From assembly GCA_964492735.1 (NCBI GenBank), contig CAZBLE010000001.1:13218-77217 (forward strand): DNA of 64,000 nt, read 5' to 3'. Below the pieces are notes generated by a model. The model was not told the DNA's origin and made no database searches. It saw nothing but the letters and a program-made list of their open reading frames with translations. Within the stretch, counting starts at the first letter, position 1. The number at the start of each line of letters is the position of its first letter. The DNA is from an uncultured Gammaproteobacteria bacterium. Lineage in GTDB: Bacteria; Patescibacteriota; Patescibacteriia; UBA9570; XYC2-FULL-38-9. Shown here piece by piece: positions 29,577 to 39,724 of the stretch. A program made the position numbers and the translations under genes.

Positions 29577-30383
29577 TTATTTTTTTGATTTTAATTTTAC
29601 CAATGCTCTTTCAATGTAAAGAAGGCCCGCTCCCATTAAAAAATATGATATTGAATAAATAAAATCATTTACACCACCAACATACCAACTATCATTATTC
29701 GTTTGAAATAAAAACATGAAATCAGCAAAGAATTGAGTAGTCAATGCAAATAATAATAGAAGCACTGGAAATCTCATTAATCCTTTGGCATAATTAAAAG
29801 ACAAAAGTAGAATACTAACTGTTAATGCTAGATATATTGACTGTCCTATTGGATAGGCATAATTTAAAATACTGATCAATAATTCAGATTTATCAAAAAT
29901 ATAATTTCTTAAGAAAAATCCATAGACAATACTGAAGGATACTAACGCAACTAAAATAATTAAAAAAATATTTTTAATTTCTTTTAGTTGCCTACCAATA
30001 CCCATTGCGAATCCTAAATATATAGCACCAAAAAAATAAAAAACTATACTGCCAAAGTAACCAATATCTCCTACCGATGGAAAAGCCTCTGTGTCCAATA
30101 TATAAATATAATAAGCATATACAAATTGTCCAAAAAACTGAGAAAACAGGCCTAATGATAAAAAAATAATTGATTTTCCAATGTAACTTTTATAGCCACC
30201 CCATTTAATAGCACTCAATGCTCCTAAAATTGAACCTAGTAATGATAAAATAGGATAAGCAACTGTGTAGAGATTGTTGTGAATTGTGTCAATGTAATTG
30301 TTAGAGTAAATAAATCCCCACCAAATAGAAAGTACTAAAAAAATTAATGACAAGCCAACGTATTTAATGGTATTTGCATTCAT
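29577..30383 (-). CDS. Polytopic membrane protein
   Basis: 268 aa with about 8 TM; 4-nt overlap with the upstream gene. Confidence 0.5.
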   Translation of the reverse strand: MNANTIKYVGLSLIFLVLSIWWGFIYSNNYIDTIHNNLYTVAYPILSLLGSILGALSAIKWGGYKSYIGKSIIFLSLGLFSQFFGQFVYAYYIYILDTEAFPSVGDIGYFGSIVFYFFGAIYLGFAMGIGRQLKEIKNIFLIILVALVSFSIVYGFFLRNYIFDKSELLISILNYAYPIGQSIYLALTVSILLLSFNYAKGLMRFPVLLLLFALTTQFFADFMFLFQTNNDSWYVGGVNDFIYSISYFLMGAGLLYIERALVKLKSKK

Positions 30384-31252
30384 AAGTGTAATTGATATTT
30401 TTTTAGAAAAAACTTTGGCTTTAAAGATTTTTTAAAATACCTCAAACCTTCAATGCCTAAGTCTTGTTCAAAATTAATATATTTAATATTTTTTTCTTGC
30501 AAAATATTCGCTACCGCATTTATTAAATAATGCGCAGAACCTTTATATAAGGTATCAGTTTTTTGAAAATGAAACAATGCATAATCCTGATTTAGGATTT
30601 CATAAAAACAAAATCCAACTATACTACCATCAATAAAAAATCCTAATTCTTCAGTTTTAATATCAATTTCACTTAGATGATAACGAAAATACTCAGTCAT
30701 TGCTTTTTTCTCTTTGATATTAAAATGCTCATTTTTTTTATCAGAAAAAAATTTATCGACTTTTTCTACGTCTACAAAATGAATATCACCTTTATCATAT
30801 TTTGCCAAAAAACGATTTTTCATATTTCTAATAGTAGCCATCTCACTATTTTCTAGTTGAGCAAGTTTTTGAACACTTAAAATATAATCAAAATTATCAT
30901 CATCCAATATGACCGGATATCCCAACCTACTTAATCGTTTCGCTAAGTGTTCTGGGATGTATTTTATTTTTTTATTCGGATAAAACCGGCTTAAAAGATG
31001 CATCAGATAAATAAGATTCTCATCGCTAACTTCTTTTTTTATAATGATAGATACAAAAAAATCATTTGATACATAGTCCTGCATTAGCAAAATTGCACCC
31101 TCATCAAAAAAACATACGCTTGCGTCATTTTTACACCAACTCCATAAGCTAGTAAAATTATGATCGGAGTATGGCGGGTATTCATTTGTAATACTTTCAA
31201 TTTTAGAACGATCAGTTATTTTGATGCTTCTAAAATTTAATTTGATATTCAT
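30380..31252 (-). CDS. Hypothetical protein, possibly DUF2156 (aminoacyl-phosphatidylglycerol-synthase C-domain)-like
   Basis: 290 aa soluble protein translationally coupled to the downstream polytopic membrane protein. The family assignment is from memory of domain size and architecture only. Confidence 0.3.
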   Translation of the reverse strand: MNIKLNFRSIKITDRSKIESITNEYPPYSDHNFTSLWSWCKNDASVCFFDEGAILLMQDYVSNDFFVSIIIKKEVSDENLIYLMHLLSRFYPNKKIKYIPEHLAKRLSRLGYPVILDDDNFDYILSVQKLAQLENSEMATIRNMKNRFLAKYDKGDIHFVDVEKVDKFFSDKKNEHFNIKEKKAMTEYFRYHLSEIDIKTEELGFFIDGSIVGFCFYEILNQDYALFHFQKTDTLYKGSAHYLINAVANILQEKNIKYINFEQDLGIEGLRYFKKSLKPKFFLKKYQLHL

Positions 31253-31263
31253 TTACAGTATTT

Positions 31264-31746
31264 TTATGATTGATATTGATATACCGCCAGACTTATTACT
31301 GAAATAGGTAAGTCAATGCAAACTGTTGCGTGTATATTTTTATCTACAAACGAAGAGTCAAATTTAATTTTCCGACGCTCACACATATCTTGAAGTGTCT
31401 GATCAATTAGCCTAGATACTTTTAAATAAACATCTGACCCACCTTTAGCGTGATGTTCAACAAAAAAACCCTTACCTTCTTCAATTTTATACCACCCAAT
31501 ACCCGCTGCTATATGCTCTTCAATTTTAGAAGTAGTTTCGAATGCCTTGACAACATAAAGTCTTTTTCCAAAATCCTCTTCTGGTGTTATATAATTCTCT
31601 ACTTGTTTTATATTAGAGTTGGGGGGTATGATAGAAGATAGATAAATTAAATTGTAATTTGAAACACCGGCATTAAACAGGGCATCGTCAAAAGAAGAGA
31701 GTTCAGTACTCCCAGTTCCAACTCCTCCAGTAATAATAATATCCAT
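31264..31746 (-). CDS. pdaD: Pyruvoyl-dependent arginine decarboxylase
   Basis: ...FDDALFNAGVSNYNLIYLSSIIPP... matches the PdaD self-cleavage region (cleavage between the two Ser of the SS pair); 160 aa. Confidence 0.7.
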   Translation of the reverse strand: MDIIITGGVGTGSTELSSFDDALFNAGVSNYNLIYLSSIIPPNSNIKQVENYITPEEDFGKRLYVVKAFETTSKIEEHIAAGIGWYKIEEGKGFFVEHHAKGGSDVYLKVSRLIDQTLQDMCERRKIKFDSSFVDKNIHATVCIDLPISVISLAVYQYQS

Positions 31747-31841
31747 ACTATAATACTAGTACTTATATAAAAAACCATTATACAGTATAGCACAAAATAA
31801 AAAAATCTTTATACTTTTTTTTAAACTAATCGCCCAATTTT

Positions 31842-33290
31842 CTAACGGCTATAACGATCTGATTGTATTTTTGTATAATCAACACTCATTTGCCAGCGTA
31901 AAACAATAGGCAGTATCTCTTGACCAAAATCATGAAGTTCTTTCAATTTTTCAATATGCTCACGCTTAAATGGCATATTATTTTTATGCCTGCCAATAAA
32001 AAAAATTCCTAAGGTTGAGTTTATAAAAGGAAGGGTATTTGATTGAACTAAGAATAACATTTTTGCATTCATTTTTTGCATGATTTTGGGCAGCGTCGTA
32101 TGGCTATACTCTTCTTCAATCTTCCCTACTGTTAAAATCATAGGAAGACCTTGCAATTCATCTACAAACTCTGAATCAAATAAATAATATCGATTAGTTT
32201 TCTTTTTTGGAAAAAATTCTACAAATCTACTCATGTGTTTTTGTTGTACATAAACAGAAACTACTGGCGCCTCAACAGCTTCTTGAATCATCCCAGCATA
32301 CTTAAGCAAAAAAGACTCAAGCTCATGGGTTGAATTTAACAAAAAATCTCGCTCAGAAATATATTTTGAAAAATCCAATGTTTCACGCATAAATAAATTA
32401 TTCATCAACTTTGTCACAAATAATGAAAATAAATGAAAGAAAAAAGTAAACACAAAAACTGACAATAGGAAATAGGCAATAATTTCTTTGGTCCCAACTA
32501 TATTACGTAACACAAAAAAATACACGGACGAAACTGCCAAATAGTACATTAGTGTAAACAAGCTAAATAATGTGAGTTGAAAAATTCGTTTTTGTACAAT
32601 GATGCGAATATTAAATAATCGCAAGCGCACAATAGCGTAAAGCATAAATAATCCAAGAACATAAACACTTAACGGCCCATATAATGTACTTACATATTGA
32701 TTAAAAAATACTGGTAGGATGATATTATTCCAAAAACCAAAGAGAAATGTCACAGAAAATCCAGTAGTAATATATCTAAGTTGTGTTCTATAGCGAACAC
32801 TATTGTTTGGATTGCGATATTCTTGAATTAATAAAAAAAGTGTATACCCAAAAAATGCAAACGCATATGGTAAAAATAAGTAGTATACTGGACCGAGATT
32901 TATTTCATCATAATTTGGATTACCATGAATAAAATACGATGCTGTGTAGCTAGTAAACGAAAACGGAAACAATACCCAGGCAATGACATATATGTTTAAT
33001 TCACGAATTTTTGAAATTTCAGTTTTTGTAAAAACGTAAACAAAATGTAAAAATGTTGCCGGAAAAAATATAACAGCCGTTAATGACCAGCGCGATAAAT
33101 AAATCATTAATACTGGGTCTGTGATAAAATGCGCTATTACATGAATACCACTCCATAAAAATAATTGTAGGCAAATAAATGAAAGCAAAATAACCACCTT
33201 ATTAAAAGATCTATAATAAATAACAACTAGAACAATAGCAGATAATAAAAAACAAACTCCAAATAGGCTGATAAGAAAAAATGTGTTCAT
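31842..33290 (-). CDS. Membrane protein: N-terminal ~8-TM domain plus a ~180-aa cytoplasmic C-terminal domain
   Basis: 482 aa; resembles 7TM-receptor-type sensor N-domains but has no kinase motifs. Confidence 0.45.
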   Translation of the reverse strand: MNTFFLISLFGVCFLLSAIVLVVIYYRSFNKVVILLSFICLQLFLWSGIHVIAHFITDPVLMIYLSRWSLTAVIFFPATFLHFVYVFTKTEISKIRELNIYVIAWVLFPFSFTSYTASYFIHGNPNYDEINLGPVYYLFLPYAFAFFGYTLFLLIQEYRNPNNSVRYRTQLRYITTGFSVTFLFGFWNNIILPVFFNQYVSTLYGPLSVYVLGLFMLYAIVRLRLFNIRIIVQKRIFQLTLFSLFTLMYYLAVSSVYFFVLRNIVGTKEIIAYFLLSVFVFTFFFHLFSLFVTKLMNNLFMRETLDFSKYISERDFLLNSTHELESFLLKYAGMIQEAVEAPVVSVYVQQKHMSRFVEFFPKKKTNRYYLFDSEFVDELQGLPMILTVGKIEEEYSHTTLPKIMQKMNAKMLFLVQSNTLPFINSTLGIFFIGRHKNNMPFKREHIEKLKELHDFGQEILPIVLRWQMSVDYTKIQSDRYSR

Positions 33291-33568
33291 ATTTTTGTAA
33301 TCAATGTAAAACTATGCCTATACACCTAGAGTACGAAGAAGTAGAAATACATCTACCCCTTCGACACAGATGCTCCCCGATAAGGGTATTCAATTGTACT
33401 TCTCATAAAACACGCAGCGTCACAATGCGTCAATGATCTAATTTGGCAGATTTTTGACGGCAAAAAATCGCCGAGAAAATACCCCCATAAACATTGATTC
33501 TCCTAAAAAAATAGACAAAAAACGACGGCATTTTTGTGTGGAAAACTTTTTTTCGACAACACGCCCTA

Positions 33569-34339
33569 TTACGCCAATAACTCCAAAAACACCGGCTCGC
33601 TGACAGGCACTCTCCCCAACTGGTATGCAATAACAGATCGAATCAACCCATCAATATCACGCCAAACATCATCCTCTACCCGCAGTCGCAACACATCGTC
33701 AAACGACTGATCTTGCACAAACCGCATTACACGAAGAGTGTCTACCGACATCTCACGCACCTGCTCAATAGAACGACAATTTCCACACTCAACAGCGCGT
33801 AAATCATAATGCAATTTCATCTCACCTTCTGTTGCACTCCCAGCAAATTCAGCCACCTCTCTCTTACACACATGGCAGGCTGATAATTCAAATCGATATC
33901 CGAGATACTCAAAAATCTGCACAATCGCCGCATAAACAGATAATGTATTCACCCGCTGCTGCTGCGACAACATTTCAAAAATTCCAATCACATATTCAAA
34001 TAGCAATGGGTCAACCTCTCGGTCTTCCACTAACCGGTCAATAATCTCTGCGATATACTGCCCTGCTGCCATGTGCGTCAGTGAGGTTCGCAAGCGCTCA
34101 TTACTCATAATCGTATTACTCCCCGCGACAATATCAATCGTCTTGCTTTTCGCAAAGAAAAAATCTGCCACGACAAATGGCTCTAAATGCCCGGCGAGCT
34201 TGCTAGTGATTTTTTTACTTGAAATCGCCCGCGCCGTAATCTTCCCAAAATCGCGCGACAACACGCGGACCATCGTGTCCTTTTCACGATAATCCCACCG
34301 CTTTAAAATCACTCCTTCCGTTTTATATGTCGCGGCCAT
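33569..34339 (-). CDS. recO: DNA repair protein RecO
   Basis: N-terminal OB-fold (...EGVILKRWDYREKDTMVRVLSRDFGKITARA...) and a C4 zinc motif CHVCK...CGNC. Confidence 0.75.
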   Translation of the reverse strand: MAATYKTEGVILKRWDYREKDTMVRVLSRDFGKITARAISSKKITSKLAGHLEPFVVADFFFAKSKTIDIVAGSNTIMSNERLRTSLTHMAAGQYIAEIIDRLVEDREVDPLLFEYVIGIFEMLSQQQRVNTLSVYAAIVQIFEYLGYRFELSACHVCKREVAEFAGSATEGEMKLHYDLRAVECGNCRSIEQVREMSVDTLRVMRFVQDQSFDDVLRLRVEDDVWRDIDGLIRSVIAYQLGRVPVSEPVFLELLA

Positions 34340-34348
34340 ATCCGCAAA

Positions 34349-37300
34349 TTACACAACCTGAATTGCTAGTGTCGTTTCCCCATCATCCAGCTTCAATATG
34401 TTTTCTTGCGATTCATCTGTCAGGATCAATGCAGTCGCGAGTACACTACGCAAATATTCCTCTTTGTAATCTTGAAGCGTTTGTTTCACATCTGCACTAG
34501 TTGTCGCAATAGTGAGTTGCACGCGATCTTGAATGGTCAACTTCATTTGTTTGCGCAACTGATTGGTTTGCCGTGTCAGTTCACGCAGCAAGCCTTCACG
34601 CTTGAGTTCTGGAGTGAGCGTCGCATCAATCGCCATCTCGCTACCAAACAGAATTTCTTTCACATTGAGCTCATCTTTCAAAATTTCAACATACGCCACA
34701 TCTAATACCTCGACAGGAACAGTCGCTGATTGCAATGGTTGGCGCACTTTCATTTTATGCTGCTGGCGAAGCGCGAGCGCGGATTCAATATATTCACGCA
34801 CTTGTGCCATATCAGCGAGCACTTGCGCATCAACGGCAAACGCTTCTGGCCAATCACACAAATGCACAGATTCTGGATCTGCTTCAAGGCGCAATTCCTG
34901 GTAGATTTTTTCTGTGATAAAGGGCGTCACAGGCGCTGCAATTTTCACAAATATTTTCAACACAGTGTAGAGCGTGCGCAATGCCATTTCACGATCAGCC
35001 GCATCTTCTCCTTTGAAACGGTCACGACTGCGACGGACATACCACGTCGACAACTCTTGCACAAAATCTTGTAATGGTGAGGCTGTTTTGCGAATCGTGT
35101 AATTCTCATACGCCGTTGTCACTTCCGCCAAACACACATCAAGCCGCGCCAAAATCCATTTGTCGAGCACATGTGTTACCTCTGCCCCGCTCACTTCTGT
35201 CATCTTCACTTGCTCGCCGGCAAACAATTTGTAAAACGTAAAGACATTCCACAATGTGTTGATTGTTTTCTTGTAAATCTCCGCAACATCATGCTCTGAA
35301 AAATTTACTTTCGCGCCATCCATGATCGGTGAACTGAGCAAATAAAATCGCATCGCATCGACACAATATTTATCAAACATGAGTTGTGGCTCTGGGTAAT
35401 TCTTCTTTGATTTACTCATCTTCTGTCCATCGTCTCCCATCATGGTTCCGGTTGTCACCGCGTGTTTAAACGATGGCTTGTTGAACAATCCAGTCGACAA
35501 CACATGCAAGGTATAAAACCAACCACGTGTCTGCGCAATATATTCAGAAATAAAATCTGCTGGATACCGCGCTTCGAACTTCTCTCTATTTTCAAACGGA
35601 TAATGCTCTGCTGCAAATGGCATTGAACCAGACTCCACCCAGCAATCAAACACTTCTGGAATACGCGTCATGGTTTGTGCGCCACTACACGCGGAACAAT
35701 CCCATTTCACCTCATCAATATATGGACGATGTAAATCAAGCTCGCTCAAATCACGACCGGCTTTTTCTGACAACTCTGCAACGGAGCCAACCACTTCCAA
35801 GTGCTCGCATTCAAGCTCGGAGCATTTCCACACCGGAATCGCTGTTCCCCAAAAACGTGACCGGGAAATATTCCAATCCGGCGCTTGCTCAAGTCCTTTT
35901 CCAAACCGACCTTCTTTCAAATGATCCGGCTTCCAATCAAGCGGTTTATTATTTTCAATCATTTGTGGCTTCAGCTCCTGCACATTAAAGAACCACGCTG
36001 GACCAGCGTAATAATAGAGCGGAGTTTCACAACGCCAACAATGCGGATATGGATGCTTGTATGGTTTCACCTCAAACACAAGCCCGCGTTCTTGCAAGTC
36101 ATCGATGATATCTTGTTCTGCATCTTTAAAAAACTTTCCAGCAACCAATGTTACTTCTGAACGGAAATTTCCTTGCTCGTTCAAAATTTCACCTGTCAGT
36201 AAATTGTGCTCCTGCGCCATTCGAAAATCGTCTTCACCATGGAGCGGCGCCATGTGCACAATGCCGGTTCCTTCGGTCATTTCCACAAAATCGCCCGCGA
36301 ACACTTCAAATGATTTTTTTGCTTGCTCGTCAGATTCTTCTGCGCCATCTAACAGGTATTCATAGAGCGGTGTATATGTTTTTCCAACCAGTGCGCTACC
36401 TTTCACTGTTTCAACAATCTCTGCTCCATCTTGACCGACTTCATCCTTGAGAGAAAATAATTTTATCGCCGCTTGCGCTGAGCAATAAAAATACTCATCT
36501 CCGCGCTGTACTTTCACATACTCTTCTTCTTGGTTCACCACCAACGCAACGTTTCCAGGAAGTGTCCATGGAGTTGTTGTCCAGGCGAGTAAAAATGTGT
36601 TTACTTCTCCCACGACCGGTAACTTCACTGTGATTGACTGGTCGGTCACATTTTTGTATGAGTTATCCATCGCAATTTCAAAATTGGACAACGTGGTTGC
36701 ACAACGTGGGCAATATAATGAAACCCGTCGTCCTTCATATGCCAAATCCTTTTTATACATTTCTGAAAATGCCCACCACACAGATTCCATGTATGAGTTG
36801 TCCATGGTCTTGTACGAGTTTTCAAAATCAACCCATCGACCCATGCGTTTCACAAATTTCCCCCACTCTTTATCATATTTCAACACTGATGCACGACAGG
36901 CATCATTAAACTTATCGATTCCGTACGCTTCAATGTCTTTGCGTGAATTCAAACCAAACTCTTTTTCGATGAGGTTTTCAACCGGCAAGCCATGACAATC
37001 CCAACCCCAGCGGCGTTCCACTTTATAACCTCGCATTGTCCAAAAACGCGGCACAGAATCTTTGACTGTTGACGCGAGCATGTGGCCGTAATGCGGAAGG
37101 CCCGTTGCAAACGGTGGTCCATCATAAAAAACGTACGGCTTGTCAGCTGGACGTTGGTCAATAGATTTTTGAAAGGCATTTGTATTATCCCAAAATTCGA
37201 CTAATTCTTCTTCAAATTGGGCAAATTGGCTTTTATATGATTCGTTGTCTGATGATACAGCTGCCGAATCTGAAGCAGCGTGAGAAAGGTCCTTTTTCAT
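34349..37300 (-). CDS. ileS: Isoleucyl-tRNA synthetase
   Basis: PHYGH (HIGH motif), GWDCHGLPVE, KMSKS, and CP1 editing and anticodon-binding domains. The true start is probably MKKDLSH (ATG at 37298-37300) rather than the track start at 37654. Confidence 0.9.
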   Translation of the reverse strand: MKKDLSHAASDSAAVSSDNESYKSQFAQFEEELVEFWDNTNAFQKSIDQRPADKPYVFYDGPPFATGLPHYGHMLASTVKDSVPRFWTMRGYKVERRWGWDCHGLPVENLIEKEFGLNSRKDIEAYGIDKFNDACRASVLKYDKEWGKFVKRMGRWVDFENSYKTMDNSYMESVWWAFSEMYKKDLAYEGRRVSLYCPRCATTLSNFEIAMDNSYKNVTDQSITVKLPVVGEVNTFLLAWTTTPWTLPGNVALVVNQEEEYVKVQRGDEYFYCSAQAAIKLFSLKDEVGQDGAEIVETVKGSALVGKTYTPLYEYLLDGAEESDEQAKKSFEVFAGDFVEMTEGTGIVHMAPLHGEDDFRMAQEHNLLTGEILNEQGNFRSEVTLVAGKFFKDAEQDIIDDLQERGLVFEVKPYKHPYPHCWRCETPLYYYAGPAWFFNVQELKPQMIENNKPLDWKPDHLKEGRFGKGLEQAPDWNISRSRFWGTAIPVWKCSELECEHLEVVGSVAELSEKAGRDLSELDLHRPYIDEVKWDCSACSGAQTMTRIPEVFDCWVESGSMPFAAEHYPFENREKFEARYPADFISEYIAQTRGWFYTLHVLSTGLFNKPSFKHAVTTGTMMGDDGQKMSKSKKNYPEPQLMFDKYCVDAMRFYLLSSPIMDGAKVNFSEHDVAEIYKKTINTLWNVFTFYKLFAGEQVKMTEVSGAEVTHVLDKWILARLDVCLAEVTTAYENYTIRKTASPLQDFVQELSTWYVRRSRDRFKGEDAADREMALRTLYTVLKIFVKIAAPVTPFITEKIYQELRLEADPESVHLCDWPEAFAVDAQVLADMAQVREYIESALALRQQHKMKVRQPLQSATVPVEVLDVAYVEILKDELNVKEILFGSEMAIDATLTPELKREGLLRELTRQTNQLRKQMKLTIQDRVQLTIATTSADVKQTLQDYKEEYLRSVLATALILTDESQENILKLDDGETTLAIQVV

Positions 37301-37330
37301 AAAAGAGATTGAATTGTTAAAGATTGTTGA

Positions 37331-37359
37331 AGTATATGAGAAAAAGGCTAAAATCGCAA
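37331..37359 (-). promoter_or_regulatory. Candidate sigma70 promoter of ileS
   Basis: Minus strand reads TTGCGA, 17 nt spacer, TATACT, about 30 nt upstream of the proposed ileS start. Confidence 0.4.
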
Positions 37360-37368
37360 GAAAAAGGC

Positions 37369-37397
37369 TTGACAAGAATAGTATTTTATGGTAATTA
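37369..37397 (+). promoter_or_regulatory. Candidate sigma70 promoter driving the high-GC membrane methyltransferase gene
   Basis: TTGACA, 17 nt spacer, TAATTA in low-GC sequence, about 105 nt upstream of the ATG at 37503. Divergent from the ileS promoter. Confidence 0.4.
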
Positions 37398-37502
37398 CTT
37401 GCCCCTGTAAAAACGACTTTTGCTGAAAAGCGAAGCAGTTTTTTGCTCCCTACAACGCGGCAGAAATGCCAAACACGCGGCTCACAGCCGCAACGTGGAG
37501 AC

Positions 37503-38321
37503 CTCATGGTCAACGTCATTTTTACCCTCTGTTTTCTGATCGTCACCACCCCGAGCGTGCTGCGGCGCGCCCTGGTTGCCCGGGCAATCGCCTGGGCCAA
37601 CTTCCGCGACACGATCGGCAGCGTCAAAGGCTGGGCCAGCATGCGCTGGTTCATTAACTACTACAAGATGATGACTCCGCTCGTCGTCTTGGACCTGATG
37701 GCCTACTTCGAGACCTGGAGCTCGACGGCATGGATTTACTTCGCGGCCCATAGCGCGTACTGCCTGGTGTGGCTCGTAAAGGACAACAAATGGCCGCACT
37801 CCAGCTTCAGCGGCTTGATGCTGAACTGGCAAGGCCTTGCCGGCCTGTGGTTCAGCGTCTTGGGCGCCTTCTGGGTCTGCCCGACGCTGCTCATGGCAGG
37901 GCACATCGAGGTTCCGCTTTGGTGGGCGGCGCTGTGCGGCAGCATGACCATAACAGGCGGCGCGATCACGTACGTCGCCGATGGTCACAAGGCGGATCAA
38001 GTTGCAATCGCGCGCGCGAACGGTGAGAAACACCCACTGATCACGAGCGGCCTGTGGCGCCACATCCTTCACCCGAACTACACGGGTGAAATTGTGACCT
38101 ACACAGCACTGTCCGCCTTCCCGCTTCCGTGGGCATTCATTGCCACGGACTGGCGCTGGCAGGTTGCGGCAATTGTGCCGCTGGTGATCATGGTCCAGGT
38201 GTTCTGGAACGCCATGTTCCCGAACATCTGTCGGATCAACCAGCACATGCTGCAAACCCGCGGTGAGCGCTGGACCCAGCACACGCAGCAAGCCTGGCAG
38301 ATCCTGCCGTATATCTGGTAA
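37503..38321 (+). CDS. High-GC polytopic membrane protein of the ICMT / DUF1295 / steroid 5-alpha-reductase-like methyltransferase superfamily
   Basis: ...LITSGLWRHILHPNYTGEIVTY... matches the RHPNYxGE signature. About 62% GC. An alternative start at 37443 is possible. Confidence 0.6.
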   Translation, partial: LMVNVIFTLCFLIVTTPSVLRRALVARAIAWANFRDTIGSVKGWASMRWFINYYKMMTPLVVLDLMAYFETWSSTAWIYFAAHSAYCLVWLVKDNKWPHSSFSGLMLNWQGLAGLWFSVLGAFWVCPTLLMAGHIEVPLWWAALCGSMTITGGAITYVADGHKADQVAIARANGEKHPLITSGLWRHILHPNYTGEIVTYTALSAFPLPWAFIATDWRWQVAAIVPLVIMVQVFWNAMFPNICRINQHMLQTRGERWTQHTQQAWQILPYIW

Positions 38322-38423
38322 AACCAGCTATACGGCAGCACGACAACGGGTCGGAAATAACGTAAGCAGACGGCTTGCAGTATCTTCCGGCCCAACTCCC
38401 CTCCCTTTTTTATATTCAAAACC

Positions 38424-39074
38424 CTACTTCAATTTCATCCACGCAATATTCCGTTCAAGTTTGTCGCCGCGCCGTGCAGAATACAATTTGTCATCTGAAA
38501 ATGTTGACCGCTTCACAACTTCAATATTTTTGAGCGGAATACCAGCGTCAACCAACTGATCCACATTCGCCTGCCACAAATCAACCGTATATTTCTGTTC
38601 CCCGCTGTCATCTTCTGGCAACTCCGCAACCACACTGCGTGGAAATTGACGCGCCACTTCAGCACCAACAATAAAATCTTGCGGGCCAATTGCTGGGCCA
38701 ATGCCAATCATCGTTTTTTGTACACTGATCTGCGCTTCTTTCCGCAACCATTCAATAGACTTGCGCGCAATGCCAAGCGCTGTTCCCCGCCAACCAGCAT
38801 GGATCACCACTGCAATCTTTTTCTGAGAATCATAGAGAAAAATTGGTACACAATCAGCCACCCGCACAGAAATTCCAACACCTGACTCACGGGTCGCTAC
38901 AGCATCAACTCCAGGGATTACATCCGGCAACCGCGGTGAAGTCGCCACTGCCCAAGCAATGCCCGTTTTATGCAACTGCTCCCCTTGCACCAAACCGTCT
39001 GGGATTACATCGCCAATTTCGGTCATTCCATGGGAAAGCTCGGGAAAACGAGATAAGTTTTTAAAATAAATCAT
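38424..39074 (-). CDS. pgeF: Peptidoglycan editing factor PgeF (YfiH/DUF152 laccase-domain protein)
   Basis: ...HGMTEIGDV...VATRESGVGISVRVADCVPIFLYD...VIHAGWRGT... matches the conserved His/Cys/His blocks. Confidence 0.75.
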   Translation of the reverse strand: MIYFKNLSRFPELSHGMTEIGDVIPDGLVQGEQLHKTGIAWAVATSPRLPDVIPGVDAVATRESGVGISVRVADCVPIFLYDSQKKIAVVIHAGWRGTALGIARKSIEWLRKEAQISVQKTMIGIGPAIGPQDFIVGAEVARQFPRSVVAELPEDDSGEQKYTVDLWQANVDQLVDAGIPLKNIEVVKRSTFSDDKLYSARRGDKLERNIAWMKLK

Positions 39075-39131
39075 GCTCGGATTGTGCCATAATTCGACAA
39101 AAAATACCACATTCGTTACTATCTACTCATT

Positions 39132-39716
39132 ATGAATGCATCCTATACAAAGACAGAAAAAATTGCGGCATTGCGCACAGCATTAGACAATCGAACAATT
39201 GCTGACATACGAACAATATTGGCCAGCGATCATGGATGGAGCAAACATGGGACCGTTGGCACTATTATTGACGCATGTATTGAACAAAGCCCGAACATAG
39301 CAGGCTTACCCTTATCTGGTTTTTTACATTGGCTTGCGACTATTCATCTCAGTGATGAGCAAGCTCAAGATCCTGCAGCAAGCGAGCGCCGTCTCAACTA
39401 CACTGGATATATGACAAGCTTTGGCTCTGCTATTACACAAATGGCGGAAGAAAAAGCACACCTCCCAATGCAACCGATGCTTTCCGACTGGAGAGAGGTT
39501 TGCTTTCGCCCTGAGTTGTCTGAAATAGCACAAGATATCTCTACATTGATTCTTGAATTCACCCAAGAACAGATGACAGGCTTTGAAGAAATACAATCAG
39601 AAATAGAAGCGGACACGCTCTTTTTAAAAAGTCACCCCACAATACTCCCTCCTATTGTTCCAAAAATAGAAAACGCAACAAGACCTACTGAGATTCAACG
39701 CCGACCGCTACGATAG
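39132..39716 (+). CDS. Hypothetical protein
   Basis: 194 aa ORF between convergent and divergent neighbours; no domain recognised. Confidence 0.4.
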   Translation: MNASYTKTEKIAALRTALDNRTIADIRTILASDHGWSKHGTVGTIIDACIEQSPNIAGLPLSGFLHWLATIHLSDEQAQDPAASERRLNYTGYMTSFGSAITQMAEEKAHLPMQPMLSDWREVCFRPELSEIAQDISTLILEFTQEQMTGFEEIQSEIEADTLFLKSHPTILPPIVPKIENATRPTEIQRRPLR

Positions 39717-39724
39717 CGGCCATG

